64,000 nt of DNA from the NCBI GenBank assembly GCA_963828195.1, contig CAWHDT010000005.1, positions 800,001 to 864,000 on the forward strand, read 5' to 3'. The notes beneath the pieces were generated by a model. The model did no database searches. It worked only from the letters and a program-made list of their open reading frames with translations, and was not told where the DNA came from. The position numbers were made by a program, and so were the translations under genes. Position 1 is the first letter of the stretch. Every line of letters begins with the position of its first letter. This document shows, piece by piece, positions 42,101-51,334 of this stretch. The DNA is from Candidatus Bathyarchaeota archaeon. GTDB lineage: Archaea > Thermoproteota > Bathyarchaeia > Bathyarchaeales > Bathycorpusculaceae.

Positions 42101-43608
42101 GCAACAGTGAAGCCGTTTGCGTCTTGAGCAGTGATAGTTACGGTGAAAGCCGTGCCAGCAATCTGCGAAGCACTAATGGGACTGACTGAAAAGCTTGCAA
42201 GAGGACCATACACCGTCAAAGTAGCAGTGTTAGATGTAACACTACCGATTGATGCAGTCACGGAGTAGATACCATCTGAAGGTTCAGTCACTGAATTTCT
42301 GGCAATCGAAGCACCATTAACACTGAAAGTGGCGGATGAGGTGACGTCGCCCATGCTGACACCGTTCTGGTCGTAACCCGTAGCCGTATAAATCTGAGAA
42401 CCGCCGACAGCAATAGTTGCAGGTGTCGGGCTAATCGTTATGCTCGTCAGAATGTGCGCGACAACGAAAGTAGCAGTTACAGTGCCAGCGCCATTAACAG
42501 TTGCAGTAGTAGAAGCCGAAGTCGCATCTGCAAAGGTAATTGATCCAGTCGCGCTCCAACCTGAAAACTGATAGTTAGTACCCGCAGTAGCAACAATCGA
42601 AACCGGTCCAGCGGGGATATTCTGAGTACCACTCGGCGATGTTGTTCCAGTGCCACTTGTGCCAAAAACCACCTGATACGTAATCTGAGTGAAAGTAGCA
42701 GTTACAGTGCCAGCGCCATTAACAGTTGCAGTAGTAGAAGCCGAAGTCGCATCTGCAAAGGTAATTGATCCAGTCGCGCTCCAACCCGAAAAAGTATATC
42801 CGCTGCCTACAGTAGCCTTGATGGTAACTGGTTGGCCTGCAGTGTAAGATCCACTGGTGCTCGGTGAAATTGTTGAACCACTTCCGCCGCCGCTTGTGGT
42901 GAAGCTTACCTGATAATCTGTCTGAGTGAAAGTAGCAGTTACAGTGCCTGCACCATTAACAGTTGCAGTAGTAGAAGCCGAAGTCGCATCTGCAAAGGTA
43001 ATTGATCCAGTCGCGCTCCAACCCGAAAAAGTATATCCGCTGCCTACAGTAGCGGAAATCTGAACTGGACCCGTGTAAGATGCAGTACCACTTGGGGAAA
43101 TTGTGGAAGAGCCTCCGCCACCGCTTTCAGCAAAAGTTACCGAATAGGATGTTCCGCCTGCGTAAGATGTGCCAGTAGTCGTCATGAATGTTCCGCTAGT
43201 TGTGACTACTTTGATTGTAACTGGTCCACTGGAGGACCAAGGAACAACAAGTGCTGCAGTTTGACCCTGAGCAATAGTTACTATTTGGCCGTTTGATGAT
43301 AAATCTCCAGTTGGCGTGACGGATGTTATGGGTACCAGCGTATCGTTTACGTATACGGCGCTAGCTGTATTGAGTTGCACGGCTCCTATGCCGGTGTTCT
43401 GTACATAAATAGTCAAGCTACCAGATGCTGAAGATAAACTCTGGATGTCTATGGCGTATCCTGCTTTGGTGGTGCCGCCGCCTATGTAACCCATTACCCA
43501 TGCATAGACAACAAGCGAAGCCACCACGGCAATCGCTATCAATAGCAAAACTGAAATTATAGGTGATATAGCCTTAATAGAATGTCTAAGTTTAGTTATT
43601 TTTCGCAA
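39163..43608 (-). CDS. Giant (1481 aa) pilin-adhesin with tandem InlB-B-like and Ig-like repeats
   Basis: HSIKA|ISPIISVLLLIAIAVVASLVVYAWVMGYIG is nearly identical to the 30897 pilin N-terminus. Three FSGWSATGSITFADATSASTTATVNGAGTVTATF repeats and many AGT.F.VTITAQD.YGN repeats; Thr/Ser-rich. Confidence 0.88.
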   Translation of the reverse strand: MRKITKLRHSIKAISPIISVLLLIAIAVVASLVVYAWVMGYIGGGTTKAGYAIDIQSLSSASGSLTIYVQNTGIGAVQLNTASAVYVNDTLVPITSVTPTGDLSSNGQIVTIAQGQTAALVVPWSSSGPVTIKVVTTSGTFMTTTGTSYAGGTSYSVTFAESGGGGSSTISPSGTASYTGPVQISATVGSGYTFSGWSATGSITFADATSASTTATVNGAGTVTATFTQTDYQVSFTTSGGGSGSTISPSTSGSYTAGQPVTIKATVGSGYTFSGWSATGSITFADATSASTTATVNGAGTVTATFTQITYQVVFGTSGTGTTSPSGTQNIPAGPVSIVATAGTNYQFSGWSATGSITFADATSASTTATVNGAGTVTATFVVAHILTSITISPTPATIAVGGSQIYTATGYDQNGVSMGDVTSSATFSVNGASIARNSVTEPSDGIYSVTASIGSVTSNTATLTVYGPLASFSVSPISASQIAGTAFTVTITAQDANGFTVANYAGSATLTDFSGSIGPISTGAFTNGVWTGQVTITKAWTNDVITVADSSSSAAGQSGLFTVNPGALATFAFSAISSPQIAGTSFSVTITAQDAYGNTITTYTGPATLTDLSGSVSPASATFTAGVWTSQVTVTKAWTNDVITVADSSSSATGQSGQFNVNPGALASFAFGTISSPQIAGTSFPVTITAQDAYGNTVTSYTGPATFSDLSNSITLSNTGSFTNGVYIGSVTITAAYTGDIITATDSGTLKTGQSNAFTVSGAAATQLVYTVGASQILPINTVSSVITVQLQDQYGNPVNAGTGGVTVTLTSNPATTATFYSNPTTKITTTPITITIPAGSSSASFYFSDSQYESPTLTAAATGVTGVTSAVTTFTVTQYQLIFVPNTATEPVGQGITEIQVQRETTGGAHYGGTAITVQLSTSSATGYFATLANGVYTKITQITVSNGFYYGQNYFYYIDTTAGTPTLTAATPGYTSGTAQFTIYSPTLSGFNITASSGGNIGTQATGEAFNIKITAVDQYGNAVTSYTGTNTLTASIGAISPTTTGSFVAGVWTGSVTLNTAGTISISTNDGNGHPGTSNTFTVYAPTLKDFTFTATGGYGGNIGTQAAGTAFSITITAYDQDGNVLTSYAGPYTLTDTSGSLTYTGSFNAGVLTASVTITKATTTDVITIKDTASGINAASNQFTVNHSATIAGITVAPSSASIAAGNTETYTATATDSYGNTWSVTTSVTWSITSGAGGSWSYYPGDNVYTSATAGTWTVTATDGTAKGTASLTVTAGTLSQFAITANGGGNIGTQTAGTAFNVVITAQDQYGNTVTSYAGPNTLTISTGTISPTSTGAFTAGVCTVSITLTKAGSFISISTSGSGKSGTSNTFTVNPGALYQFVFSTIGTTQTSGHAFTVASITAEDQDGNTITSLSGTETLAVTSGTITSSTSITFRDGVASEVSVTITLSPSSSVQLYITGYQNKQYSNAFTV
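42468..43052 (-). repeat. Three near-identical intragenic DNA repeats in the giant pilin
   Basis: GAAAGTAGCAGTTACAGTGCC...GATCCAGTCGCGCTCCAACC recurs near 42468, 42690 and 42930. Confidence 0.9.
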
Positions 43609-43729
43609 AAAATTTTTTCTCCTTTTCTGTTTTGGAGAGAGAGTAATCGCTAAAATGCTTCTCTCCAGTTGAAGCTAGGTAACTTCGAGCAGTATATAAG
43701 GAAGGGTGGAGGATTGTTCCACAACCAAA
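43599..43729 (-). repeat. 131-bp perfect inverted repeat, right arm
   Basis: Exact reverse complement of 37342-37472; includes the TTG start of the giant pilin. Confidence 0.97.
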
Positions 43730-43949
43730 CAAGCGCTACCAAAACCGCAAACTCAAGGTTCTTGCTCATTAAAAGGTCAGTGCTCAAAATTCTAAGCGAC
43801 GTTAATCGTGTGTCCTAACGGTGACTTGAACTTTATTTTTTAGGCAGTGGAAAGAACTGTCGTCAATTCGGCTTATTGAACCAAAAATGATAAACGGCAC
43901 CCGATGACAACAGTTAACTTATAATCTTAACTGTAAATAGGAAAGAAAC

Positions 43950-45527
43950 ATGAGCAAAGCTACAGAGATGGCAAGAGTTTCAGCTCGGGGCGGCTTTAAC
44001 ATTCTATGGGGATTAGTTGTTTCTACGTTGATCTCTGCTGTGGGCACTATAGCTATCACTTACATTTTGGGTGCGGAAAATTACGGTTTATACTCTATTG
44101 CAATCATTGGGCCCACATTAATCGCCACTTTCCGAGATTGGGGAGTCAACTCAGCTATGGTAAAGTACTCTGCTCAATACAACGCGGAAAACAACGACAA
44201 AATAAGAAGTATTTTTATTTCAGGCTTAATTTTTGAGGTCGTTTTAGGTTTATCGCTTTTCCTTCTTTCGTTTGGTCTCTCCCCCTTCTTAGCCTCAAGT
44301 CTTCATCGCCCCGCGATAGTTCCGTTAATCCAAATTGGCTCTATTTTCATCCTGACTGGCGCGCTGGTGAACACAGCATCAGCCGCATTCACTGGCATGG
44401 AGATAATGCATCTTTATAGTGTCATGCTGATAATCCAATCAATAATCAAAACTGCTCTCATAGTCGCATTGGTGCTTTTAGGGTTGGGCACTCTTGGAGC
44501 TATGATGGGTTTCACAACGGCTTCTCTGATCGCGGGGCTAACGGGCGTACTTTTAATGTGGACAGTTTACAAATCCTTGCCTAGGCCAATCAACAGCAAA
44601 CTCGAAATAATGGCAACAATTAAAACCATGTTGCAATTCGGTTTACCGGTTTCAATAGGCACCATAATTACAGGATTCCTAGCGGTATTCTACAGTTATA
44701 TTCTAGCATTCTATGTGACTAACAACGCAATAATCGGCAACTACAACTTAGCGATAAATTTCGTTGTTCTAATCACATTCTTCGCTACTCCCGTAACCAC
44801 AATGCTGTTTCCCGCATTCTCCAAACTTGATTACAAAAAAGACCATGAAACTTTAAAAAACGTTTTCCAGTATTCAGTAAAGTACGCCTCACTCATTGTC
44901 GTGCCAATTACAGTCTTGGTAATGACGCTTGCGCAACCCGCGATCGGCACCATATATCAAAACAGGTATACTGACGCTTCGTTGTTTTTGGTTTTGTTAT
45001 CGATTACTTATATTTATACTGCTTTCGGAAACTTGAGTGTATCCAATTTGATAAACGGGCAAGGTTACCCAGGATACAACATGAAATTGTCTATTCTGAC
45101 TGTTGTGATAGGTTTCCCAGTGAGTTTTCTGTTGATTTCTAACTTCGGCGTCTTAGGCTTAATTGTTACTTCCTTAACAGTTGGCTTACCCAGCTTGTTC
45201 ATAAGTTTAAGATTTATCAAAAATAAGTTCGGCGTATCGGTAGATTGGGTTTCATCCGCGAAGATTCTTCTTTCGTCTGCAGTAACTGGAGTTTTAACTT
45301 ACCTTCTGATTTCCCAATTGGCTTTTTCTAATCCTGTAAGACTTGTGATAGGCGTAGTTGCCTTTGTTTTCATCTTCGTAGCCGCAACGCTTCTTACTAG
45401 ATCCATTAACAAAACCGACGTGGCGAGTCTTCGACAAATCGTTAATGTGATGGGGCCACTTCGCAGACCATTGGGCTTTCTGCTAAATATAATTGAGAAA
45501 TTAATGAAAATTCTTCACACAAATTGA
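43950..45527 (+). CDS. Oligosaccharide flippase (Wzx/MOP family)
   Basis: LGAENYGLYS, DWGVNSAMVKY, IGNYNLA, LFPAFS; about 14 TM segments; next to the rml genes. Confidence 0.88.
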   Translation: MSKATEMARVSARGGFNILWGLVVSTLISAVGTIAITYILGAENYGLYSIAIIGPTLIATFRDWGVNSAMVKYSAQYNAENNDKIRSIFISGLIFEVVLGLSLFLLSFGLSPFLASSLHRPAIVPLIQIGSIFILTGALVNTASAAFTGMEIMHLYSVMLIIQSIIKTALIVALVLLGLGTLGAMMGFTTASLIAGLTGVLLMWTVYKSLPRPINSKLEIMATIKTMLQFGLPVSIGTIITGFLAVFYSYILAFYVTNNAIIGNYNLAINFVVLITFFATPVTTMLFPAFSKLDYKKDHETLKNVFQYSVKYASLIVVPITVLVMTLAQPAIGTIYQNRYTDASLFLVLLSITYIYTAFGNLSVSNLINGQGYPGYNMKLSILTVVIGFPVSFLLISNFGVLGLIVTSLTVGLPSLFISLRFIKNKFGVSVDWVSSAKILLSSAVTGVLTYLLISQLAFSNPVRLVIGVVAFVFIFVAATLLTRSINKTDVASLRQIVNVMGPLRRPLGFLLNIIEKLMKILHTN

Positions 45528-45569
45528 ATGGGTGAAAAAGCTGCCGCAAGTCAAGTCATTTAAAAAGAT

Positions 45570-45764
45570 TTACTGTAACAGTTGGGCTTCAACTATGTTT
45601 TCTTCTTTTTCCGTGGAGAACTTTCTCTGTGCTAAGCTGGCTAGGATCCTGTATTTACCGCAGTAACTTCCGCCGACGTGCGTGCACGTGTAGCTTGAGC
45701 TAGAGTAAAGGCTGCATGAACGAGTGAACCTGCATTTATTTTCCTGTTTGTGAAAAGGCGACAA
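45570..45764 (-). CDS. Small four-cysteine protein
   Basis: CRFTRSCSLY...TCTHVGGSYCGKYR, in a clean intergenic position. Confidence 0.45.
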   Translation of the reverse strand: MSPFHKQENKCRFTRSCSLYSSSSYTCTHVGGSYCGKYRILASLAQRKFSTEKEENIVEAQLLQ

Positions 45765-45952
45765 TACATTTCTTTTAAGTATTGGTTTCGTTAAATTTCA
45801 CCTTGAAAAGAAATCTCTGCTATGCTATTTCTTTCCAATCGCTAATATGACTATGTGGTTGTGCAATCACAGCCACAATCGAGTTTCAATGTAAACTTTT
45901 TTAAGTGATAATGCCCTGTGATAATTAAATAGCTTTACCCTAAGTGATTATT

Positions 45953-47011
45953 ATGAAAGCACTTGTTCTCAGCGGCGGAAAAGGAACCAGACTTAGACCT
46001 TTAACTTTCACCTGCGCTAAACAGCTTATTCCAGTAGCTAACAAGCCCATATTGGGGTATGTTCTTGACCAGGTGGCATCTACCAAAATTAAAAAGGTCG
46101 GCATTATAACTGCGCCCGAGACTGGACAGTTCGTTAAGGACTACGTTGCTGACGGCTCAAACTGGAACCTTAAAGTCAACTATATTCCTCAGGAACCGCT
46201 TGGTTTAGCACACGCAGTCAAGACTGCAGGTCGTTTTTTAGGGAAGGATTCTTTCGTCATGTGTCTAGGAGATAACGTTACAGGTCAAGGCTTGAATTCG
46301 TTCGTTAAAAAATTCAAGAGTGAACATCTTGATGGCCTTATTATCCTGAAAGAAGTCGAGAATCCGTCGAGTTTCGGCATCGCTCAGCTCGACGACAAAG
46401 GCAATATTACAAAGTTAGTAGAAAAGCCTAAAACGCCGATGGGGAACCTTGCGATCATTGGCACTTACCTTTTTACCAACAAGGTTCATCAAGCTATCGA
46501 GAGAATAAAGCCGTCTTGGCGGGGAGAACTGGAAATTACCGATGCAATCCAAGAAATGATAAATATGGGTTTTACGGTTAAAGCCGAAATCTTAGATTCC
46601 TGGTGGCTTGACACAGGCAAAAAAGACGATATTTTGTCGGCTAACGCTCGAATATTAGATGAATATGCAGAACGCGACATCAAAGGAACATTAACCAACA
46701 GCGTTGTAGACGGCAGGGTTAAACTGGAAATTGGAGCAAAAATAGTGAACAGCACTGTTAGGGGGCCATGCGCAATTGGAAAGGACGCGTTGATTGAAAA
46801 CTCCTTCATCGGGCCCTACACAAGCATAGGCAATGCCTCGGAAATTATTAATTCTAACCTTCAGTATTGCGTTATACAAGAAAACGTTGTCGTTAAAGAT
46901 GTGGAGCGGCTCGAGGATAGTTTAATCGGCAAAAATGCGAAGGTGACGAGAAATCAAAGGAACAGAACCATCAAGTTGCACGTTGGCGATTACTCAGAAG
47001 TGGAAGTTTAG
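45953..47011 (+). CDS. rmlA: Glucose-1-phosphate thymidylyltransferase (long form)
   Basis: LSGGKGTRLRPLT, KQLIPVANKP, PLGLAHA, RGELEITD, WLDTG. Confidence 0.93.
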   Translation: MKALVLSGGKGTRLRPLTFTCAKQLIPVANKPILGYVLDQVASTKIKKVGIITAPETGQFVKDYVADGSNWNLKVNYIPQEPLGLAHAVKTAGRFLGKDSFVMCLGDNVTGQGLNSFVKKFKSEHLDGLIILKEVENPSSFGIAQLDDKGNITKLVEKPKTPMGNLAIIGTYLFTNKVHQAIERIKPSWRGELEITDAIQEMINMGFTVKAEILDSWWLDTGKKDDILSANARILDEYAERDIKGTLTNSVVDGRVKLEIGAKIVNSTVRGPCAIGKDALIENSFIGPYTSIGNASEIINSNLQYCVIQENVVVKDVERLEDSLIGKNAKVTRNQRNRTIKLHVGDYSEVEV

Positions 47012-47073
47012 CCCGAGAGAATAACAACTATTATAAATATTTTTAAAACATATGTTAAACAAGCAAGCGAGGG

Positions 47074-47583
47074 ATGTTAACGTTAAAAGGGATAAGAATT
47101 AAACCGATATGTCGATTACCCGACGAAAGAGGCTTCTTCACCGAAGTTATGCGTACCGATTGGAAAGACCTGTTTGAAGAAGACACAATTGCACAAGCAA
47201 ACCATTCGGTCACTTACCCCAACATCATCCGCGCTTGGCATAGGCACCTTAAAGGGCAAACAGACTATTTTTTAGCTCTGAAGGGGTTAATAAAAATCTG
47301 TGCGTTCGATGAAAAAACTGAAGAAATAAACGAGATTGTCTCGAGCGCTTTAAAGCTGCAGGTCGTCCGCATTCCCGGTCACTACTGGCACGGCTTCAAA
47401 GCACTCGGCGATGAACCCGCCATGCTACTGTACTTCACCACCAACCTATACGACCCCGCTAATCCTGATGAAGAACGGCGACTTTGGAATGACCAAACCA
47501 TTGTTCCCAAAATCGTCAACGGCAAGAAGAACGATGCACGCGTCGGTAAACCTTGGGATTGGAATTATCCCCCTCATAGGTGA
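47074..47583 (+). CDS. rmlC: dTDP-4-dehydrorhamnose 3,5-epimerase
   Basis: DERGFFTE, RAWHRH, WHGF. Confidence 0.9.
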   Translation: MLTLKGIRIKPICRLPDERGFFTEVMRTDWKDLFEEDTIAQANHSVTYPNIIRAWHRHLKGQTDYFLALKGLIKICAFDEKTEEINEIVSSALKLQVVRIPGHYWHGFKALGDEPAMLLYFTTNLYDPANPDEERRLWNDQTIVPKIVNGKKNDARVGKPWDWNYPPHR

Positions 47584-47588
47584 TAATT

Positions 47589-48596
47589 ATGAAACTGTTA
47601 GTTACTGGCGGTTTAGGATTCATCGGAAGCAACTTCTGCAGGTACATGCTTGCAAAGTATCCTGATTGCGAGTTGATAAACGTTAACAAGATAGGCATAG
47701 GAGCTAACCCAGCTAGCCTTCACGACGTCGAAAACGACAAAAGATACACTTTCATAAAAGGCGACATTTGCAATCCGCTGCTCATAAACAGGCTGATTCA
47801 CCAAGTGGACGCAGTTGTAAACATCGCTGCTGAAACTCACGTGGACCGAAGCATCGCTGACCCCAACGTGTTTTTGCAGAATAATACGGTTGGCACATTT
47901 ACAATTCTTGAAGGGATACGCAGGCACAATCACAAGGCGCGGCTCCTGCAGGTGTCCACTGACGAGGTATACGGCGAAGCACTTGAAGGTTCATTCACCG
48001 AGAATACTCCGCCCAAGCCATCTAATCCCTATTCAGCCGCAAAAGCTGCCGCCGACATGTTCGTGCTATCCTACTACAAAACTTACAACTTGAACGTGTC
48101 CATCACACGTTGCACAAATAATTTTGGTCCATATCAACTTCCAGAAAAGCTGATTCCCAAAACAATTATCCGAGGGCTAAGGAATCTTCCGATCCCGATT
48201 TATGGGTCTGGGCAAAACATCCGCGACTGGATTTACGTTCAAGATCACTGCGAAGCAATTGCAACAGTTCTTGAGAAGGGAAACGCTGGGGAAGTGTACA
48301 ATATTTCAGCTGGAAACGAAATTCCAAACATCGAGATCGCAAAAAAAATTGTCGCCTTGCTGCATAAACCAGAGAGTCTGATTACCTTTGTGGAAGATCG
48401 CCCCGGACATGATGTGCGGTACAGTTTGGATTCTTCAAAATTGAGGTCCACTTTGGGTTGGCAGCCCAAGTGCAGTTTTGATGCTTCTTTGGAGTCAACT
48501 GTTCGCTGGTACCTTGAAAATGAGCATTGGTGGACGCCGTTTGCCACAGAGGTAATTCTTCACCCTACACCCTGGAAGATAGGGGGTCTACATTGA
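47589..48596 (+). CDS. rmlB: dTDP-glucose 4,6-dehydratase
   Basis: GGLGFIGSNF, AAETHVDRSI, STDEVYG, PYSAAK, DRPGHD. Confidence 0.95.
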   Translation: MKLLVTGGLGFIGSNFCRYMLAKYPDCELINVNKIGIGANPASLHDVENDKRYTFIKGDICNPLLINRLIHQVDAVVNIAAETHVDRSIADPNVFLQNNTVGTFTILEGIRRHNHKARLLQVSTDEVYGEALEGSFTENTPPKPSNPYSAAKAAADMFVLSYYKTYNLNVSITRCTNNFGPYQLPEKLIPKTIIRGLRNLPIPIYGSGQNIRDWIYVQDHCEAIATVLEKGNAGEVYNISAGNEIPNIEIAKKIVALLHKPESLITFVEDRPGHDVRYSLDSSKLRSTLGWQPKCSFDASLESTVRWYLENEHWWTPFATEVILHPTPWKIGGLH

Positions 48597-49486
48597 AGCT
48601 CCTAATCACTGGCGCCAGTGGTCTCTACGGCTCCAAATTAGCTGAGCTTGCTATCGCAAGAAATTTTGAGGTTTATTCCTGTGACGTTCAGGAGATGCCT
48701 GTTTGTGGCAATTTTGTAAAGTTTGACGTTTCAAATTGGGAGCTGGTTAATGAAGCATTTAAACGGGTTAAACCCGACTTTGTGGTTCACGCAGCTACCC
48801 TTACCGACGTGGATAAGTGTGAGTTGAACAAGGAGCTTGCTTGGAAAATAAATGTTGAAGGAACAAAAAACATCGTGGAAGCAGCGAAAGACGCAGGTTC
48901 TTTTCTGATTTATATTTCAACCGATTACGTTTTCAACGGTGAAAAAGGCAACTACACAGAATCAGATGCCCCTGACCCCATCAACTATTACGGGTTAACC
49001 AAACTTAAAGCTGAAGAACTGGTGAAAACCCAATCGGAATATTTTATTGCGCGGCCAAGCGTAATTTACGGTTCAACTCCAGCCGCTGGAAAAGTCAACT
49101 TTGCTCTCTGGCTAATCGACTCCCTAAGAAAAGGCGAACGGGTTAAAATTGTAACTGACCAGTGGAATACGCCCACGTTGAACACCAATTTGGCTGAAAT
49201 GACACTTGAAGTTATCGAGCGCAGATTGACTGGAACTTTTCATCTTTGCGGTGCAACGCGGGTTAGTCGTTTCGACTTTGCTGCTTTAATCGCTGAAGTT
49301 TTTGGTTTGGATAAGAGCCTGATTGATTCGGTTTTGTCTTCGCAGTTTAAGTGGCCTGCTAAGCGTCCGATGGATTCGTCGCTTGACACATCCAAGGCTC
49401 AGAACATTTTGCGAAATAGACCTCTTGAGCTCCACGAAGCTTTGAAACAGCTAAAATTCGAGCTTTCACGGAAAAAATCAAAATGA
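48593..49486 (+). CDS. rmlD: dTDP-4-dehydrorhamnose reductase
   Basis: ITGASGLYG, TDVDKCE, STDYVF, YYGLTK, AKRP; TTGA overlap with rmlB. Confidence 0.93.
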   Translation: MKLLITGASGLYGSKLAELAIARNFEVYSCDVQEMPVCGNFVKFDVSNWELVNEAFKRVKPDFVVHAATLTDVDKCELNKELAWKINVEGTKNIVEAAKDAGSFLIYISTDYVFNGEKGNYTESDAPDPINYYGLTKLKAEELVKTQSEYFIARPSVIYGSTPAAGKVNFALWLIDSLRKGERVKIVTDQWNTPTLNTNLAEMTLEVIERRLTGTFHLCGATRVSRFDFAALIAEVFGLDKSLIDSVLSSQFKWPAKRPMDSSLDTSKAQNILRNRPLELHEALKQLKFELSRKKSK

Positions 49487-49547
49487 AAATTTTAAGCCTG
49501 ACCCGAACAATAAGCTTAAAAAAACTTGTTAGCGTGCCAAGTTTTCC

Positions 49548-49955
49548 ATGAGTTTAACGGAAGTGTTATGTGTAGGCTCACCTATCTTTCGGCTGATGAA
49601 ACAGACCAACGTTAAGCAGATCGCTAGGCAACGGATCCAAATACTCTTTGGGCAAGCAAAACAAATCGGCAAACTTAATCCTCAGTTAGCTACGCGGTAC
49701 GTCAAATCTGCAAGGCGGATTGCTATGGCTGCCAGAATTCGTTTGCCTGCGGATTTTAGGCGTGAAACCTGCAAAAACTGCAATTCTCTGTTCGTGCAAG
49801 GATATAATTGTCGGGTTAGGATAAAGCAGAAAAGAGAGCCTCACATCGTAATAACATGTTTAAACTGCGGCAACCAAACGCGGATGTTGTTGGGTAAGAA
49901 AAAGGAGAAAAAAGAGTTTGAGCAAAATAACCACCAGAATGAAACGGCATGTTAA
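49548..49955 (+). CDS. rnp4: Ribonuclease P protein component 4 (Rpp21)
   Basis: IARQRIQILF...RYVKSARRI...CKNC...CLNCG. True start may be the downstream MKQT. Confidence 0.9.
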   Translation: MSLTEVLCVGSPIFRLMKQTNVKQIARQRIQILFGQAKQIGKLNPQLATRYVKSARRIAMAARIRLPADFRRETCKNCNSLFVQGYNCRVRIKQKREPHIVITCLNCGNQTRMLLGKKKEKKEFEQNNHQNETAC

Positions 49956-50217
49956 ACACGTATTGAAAGATGAGAATCCAACCATTTGGGTTGGCAAAGA
50001 CGGCTTGACACCTCAGTTGATATGTGAAATTGAAAAGCAGCTCCAACAGAACAAGATGGTTAAGGTCAGAATTTTGCCTGCAGCTTTGACTGGAGACAAT
50101 ACTGCTCCGGTGATAGCCGCCAAGGCTGCCGAACAATCTGGCTCTGCACTGGTTGAATGCAGAGGACACGTGTTTATCCTCTTCAGAAAACGCAAAACGG
50201 CAGAACCAACAGAGTAA
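49918..50217 (+). CDS. YhbY/CRM-domain RNA-binding protein
   Basis: PTIWVGKDGL...MVKVRIL...RGHVFILFR. Confidence 0.9.
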   Translation: MSKITTRMKRHVKHVLKDENPTIWVGKDGLTPQLICEIEKQLQQNKMVKVRILPAALTGDNTAPVIAAKAAEQSGSALVECRGHVFILFRKRKTAEPTE

Positions 50218-50294
50218 AGTTGGGGCGCCAAGAATTCAACACTCAAATCCTTTCACTCAACAGATTAAAACTATCCAACTGAGCTGAACAATAT

Positions 50295-51332
50295 TTGGCA
50301 AGCACACGACAAATAAGTAAAGCGAGGGTGTGGTGGCTGGCCTTCCGCTATCATTTTGTGCCTCCCAGCATTTTTCCCGCCGTTTTAGGTGGCTTAGTCA
50401 GTTGGGCATCCAACGAGGGGTTTATTCCGTTTTATTTTCTGCTTGTGCTCGTCGCCATCATCATCAACCACATCGCGCTGAACATGACTGACGATTACTT
50501 CGATTTCAAACATAGCGTAGACAAACTTAAGCCGAACGAAAAAAACCCTTATACAGGCGGCAGTGGCACCCTAAGCAGCGGTCTTCTATCGCCTAAAAGT
50601 ATGTTTAAAGCATTTACAATTTGTTATTTAATCACCATCGCAATTGGCGTCTACCTGACCTTGACCAGAGGCTTACCTATTTTAGCATTCGGGCTTATCG
50701 GGGTCTTCTGCGCTGTCTTCTACACCGCCCCGCCCATAAGCTTCGGCCACCACGGTTTAGGTGAACTTGCTATGCTAGTAAGCTTTGGTCCAGTAATCGG
50801 TTTAGGAGCCTTTTTTGTGGAAGCTCGCACTGTAACGCTGCAAGCGTTCTTTGCAACTCTGCCTCTTGGAATTATGTTATTCTCCATGATTGCCATAAAC
50901 GAAATTCCCGACGTTAAAGAGGACCGAGCTGCGGGGAAACTCACTCTGGTGGCGAGGTACGGCAAAAAAGCGGGCGCAAAACTCTACGTTGCCAGCTGGG
51001 TCTGCACATACGCAGTAATTGTAGGTTCAGTGGCGTTTGGTATTCTTCCGATTTACACACTTCTTGCTTTGCTTGCATTGCCCCTCGTATACCGCTCAAT
51101 TAGGATACTGCGGCAAAACATTGATGACCCAAGGCGCATGGCTCCTGCAAACCTTGACATGATAAAAGCCCACAGCATCACCGCCTTCGGTTTAATCGCA
51201 GGCTACGCAATCCAAGGGCTGCTAAATAAGGCAGCGCCATTTCAATTAATAGTCATTTTAGTGCTGCTCGCCGTCGCCTATGCTCCAGTGGCGTGGTTGC
51301 TTCTCAACACAAAGAAAAAACTTGAACCTTAG
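50295..51332 (+). CDS. UbiA-family prenyltransferase, MenA-like
   Basis: NMTDDYFDF..VD, YTAPP, GLGE, NEIPDVKEDRAAGKLTL. Confidence 0.85.
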   Translation: MASTRQISKARVWWLAFRYHFVPPSIFPAVLGGLVSWASNEGFIPFYFLLVLVAIIINHIALNMTDDYFDFKHSVDKLKPNEKNPYTGGSGTLSSGLLSPKSMFKAFTICYLITIAIGVYLTLTRGLPILAFGLIGVFCAVFYTAPPISFGHHGLGELAMLVSFGPVIGLGAFFVEARTVTLQAFFATLPLGIMLFSMIAINEIPDVKEDRAAGKLTLVARYGKKAGAKLYVASWVCTYAVIVGSVAFGILPIYTLLALLALPLVYRSIRILRQNIDDPRRMAPANLDMIKAHSITAFGLIAGYAIQGLLNKAAPFQLIVILVLLAVAYAPVAWLLLNTKKKLEP

Positions 51333-51334
51333 AG

